Positions 5,427 through 5,757 of a stretch of 5,757 nt of DNA are shown here, one piece after another. Numbering within the stretch: the first letter of the stretch is position 1; each line of letters begins with the position of its first letter. The notes beneath the pieces were generated by a model that had not been told where the DNA came from, ran no database searches, and worked only from the letters and a program-made list of their open reading frames with translations. Source of the DNA: Vitrella brassicaformis CCMP3155 (Eukaryota; Protista; Chromerida); NCBI GenBank assembly GCA_001179505.1, contig CDMY01001030.1:1-5757 (forward strand), given 5' to 3'. The position numbers were made by a program, and so were the translations under genes.

Positions 5427-5757
5427 CATAGACCGACGATCCACTGATCTGTGAGACAGGACGGCTGTTGAGTCTTTGTCCGTTCCATGAGACAGGCCAT
5501 GGCGGACAGGACGTCAGACAGGATGGACTGACGCATACTACATGTCCTACGTGGACTCTCCACAAAATCCACAGACCTTACGTTGCATTGACTTAATCCT
5601 TTATCCGGGACTGACCGCCCGGCAGATCCTCTCTTCACCATTCTCCCCGACTCTCTCCCCCCGATTCTTACATGGGCGCAGCAATCTGGTTTGTCTTTTC
5701 CGCCTGATCGGCAGTTGGGCACATCCTAACAGGTCTGTCTATCATCCGCCTGTCGGC

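Noticed and set aside
5426-5722. 98-aa minus-strand ORF as an upstream exon or gene
   Set aside because: It has no recognisable motif and no convincing splice link to the ATG at 5331, and it overlaps the likely promoter region.

Overview
Eukaryotic (intron-containing, probably protist) genomic window with three parts of different composition. (1) 1-328, GC-rich: the 3' end of a probable CRE-clade non-LTR retrotransposon, comprising the ORF C-terminus, an 81-nt 3'UTR and an A11-G-A10 tail. (2) About 329-3890, a strongly AT-rich island: a fragment of a Polinton/Maverick-like or Polinton-like-virus element. It holds a protein-primed family B DNA polymerase pseudogene (motifs A, B and C recoverable across a 20-bp duplication, a nonsense codon and two 1-nt frameshifts; N-terminus cut off at the poly(A)), an apparently intact rve/DDE integrase starting 2 nt after the polymerase stop, a broken four-CxxC zinc-finger ORF, and a degenerate RING-finger gene that the ORF track misses. 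(3) About 3940-5757, GC/CA-rich host-like DNA: a 37-bp tandem array, a three-exon minus-strand gene for an unrecognised 270-aa Cys/His-rich protein, and a telomere-like (TTTAGGG) motif upstream of it. No capsid, packaging ATPase or protease gene and no terminal inverted repeat is visible, so the exact element class and its right end cannot be fixed from this window. All family calls come from motif recognition by eye; no database search was run.
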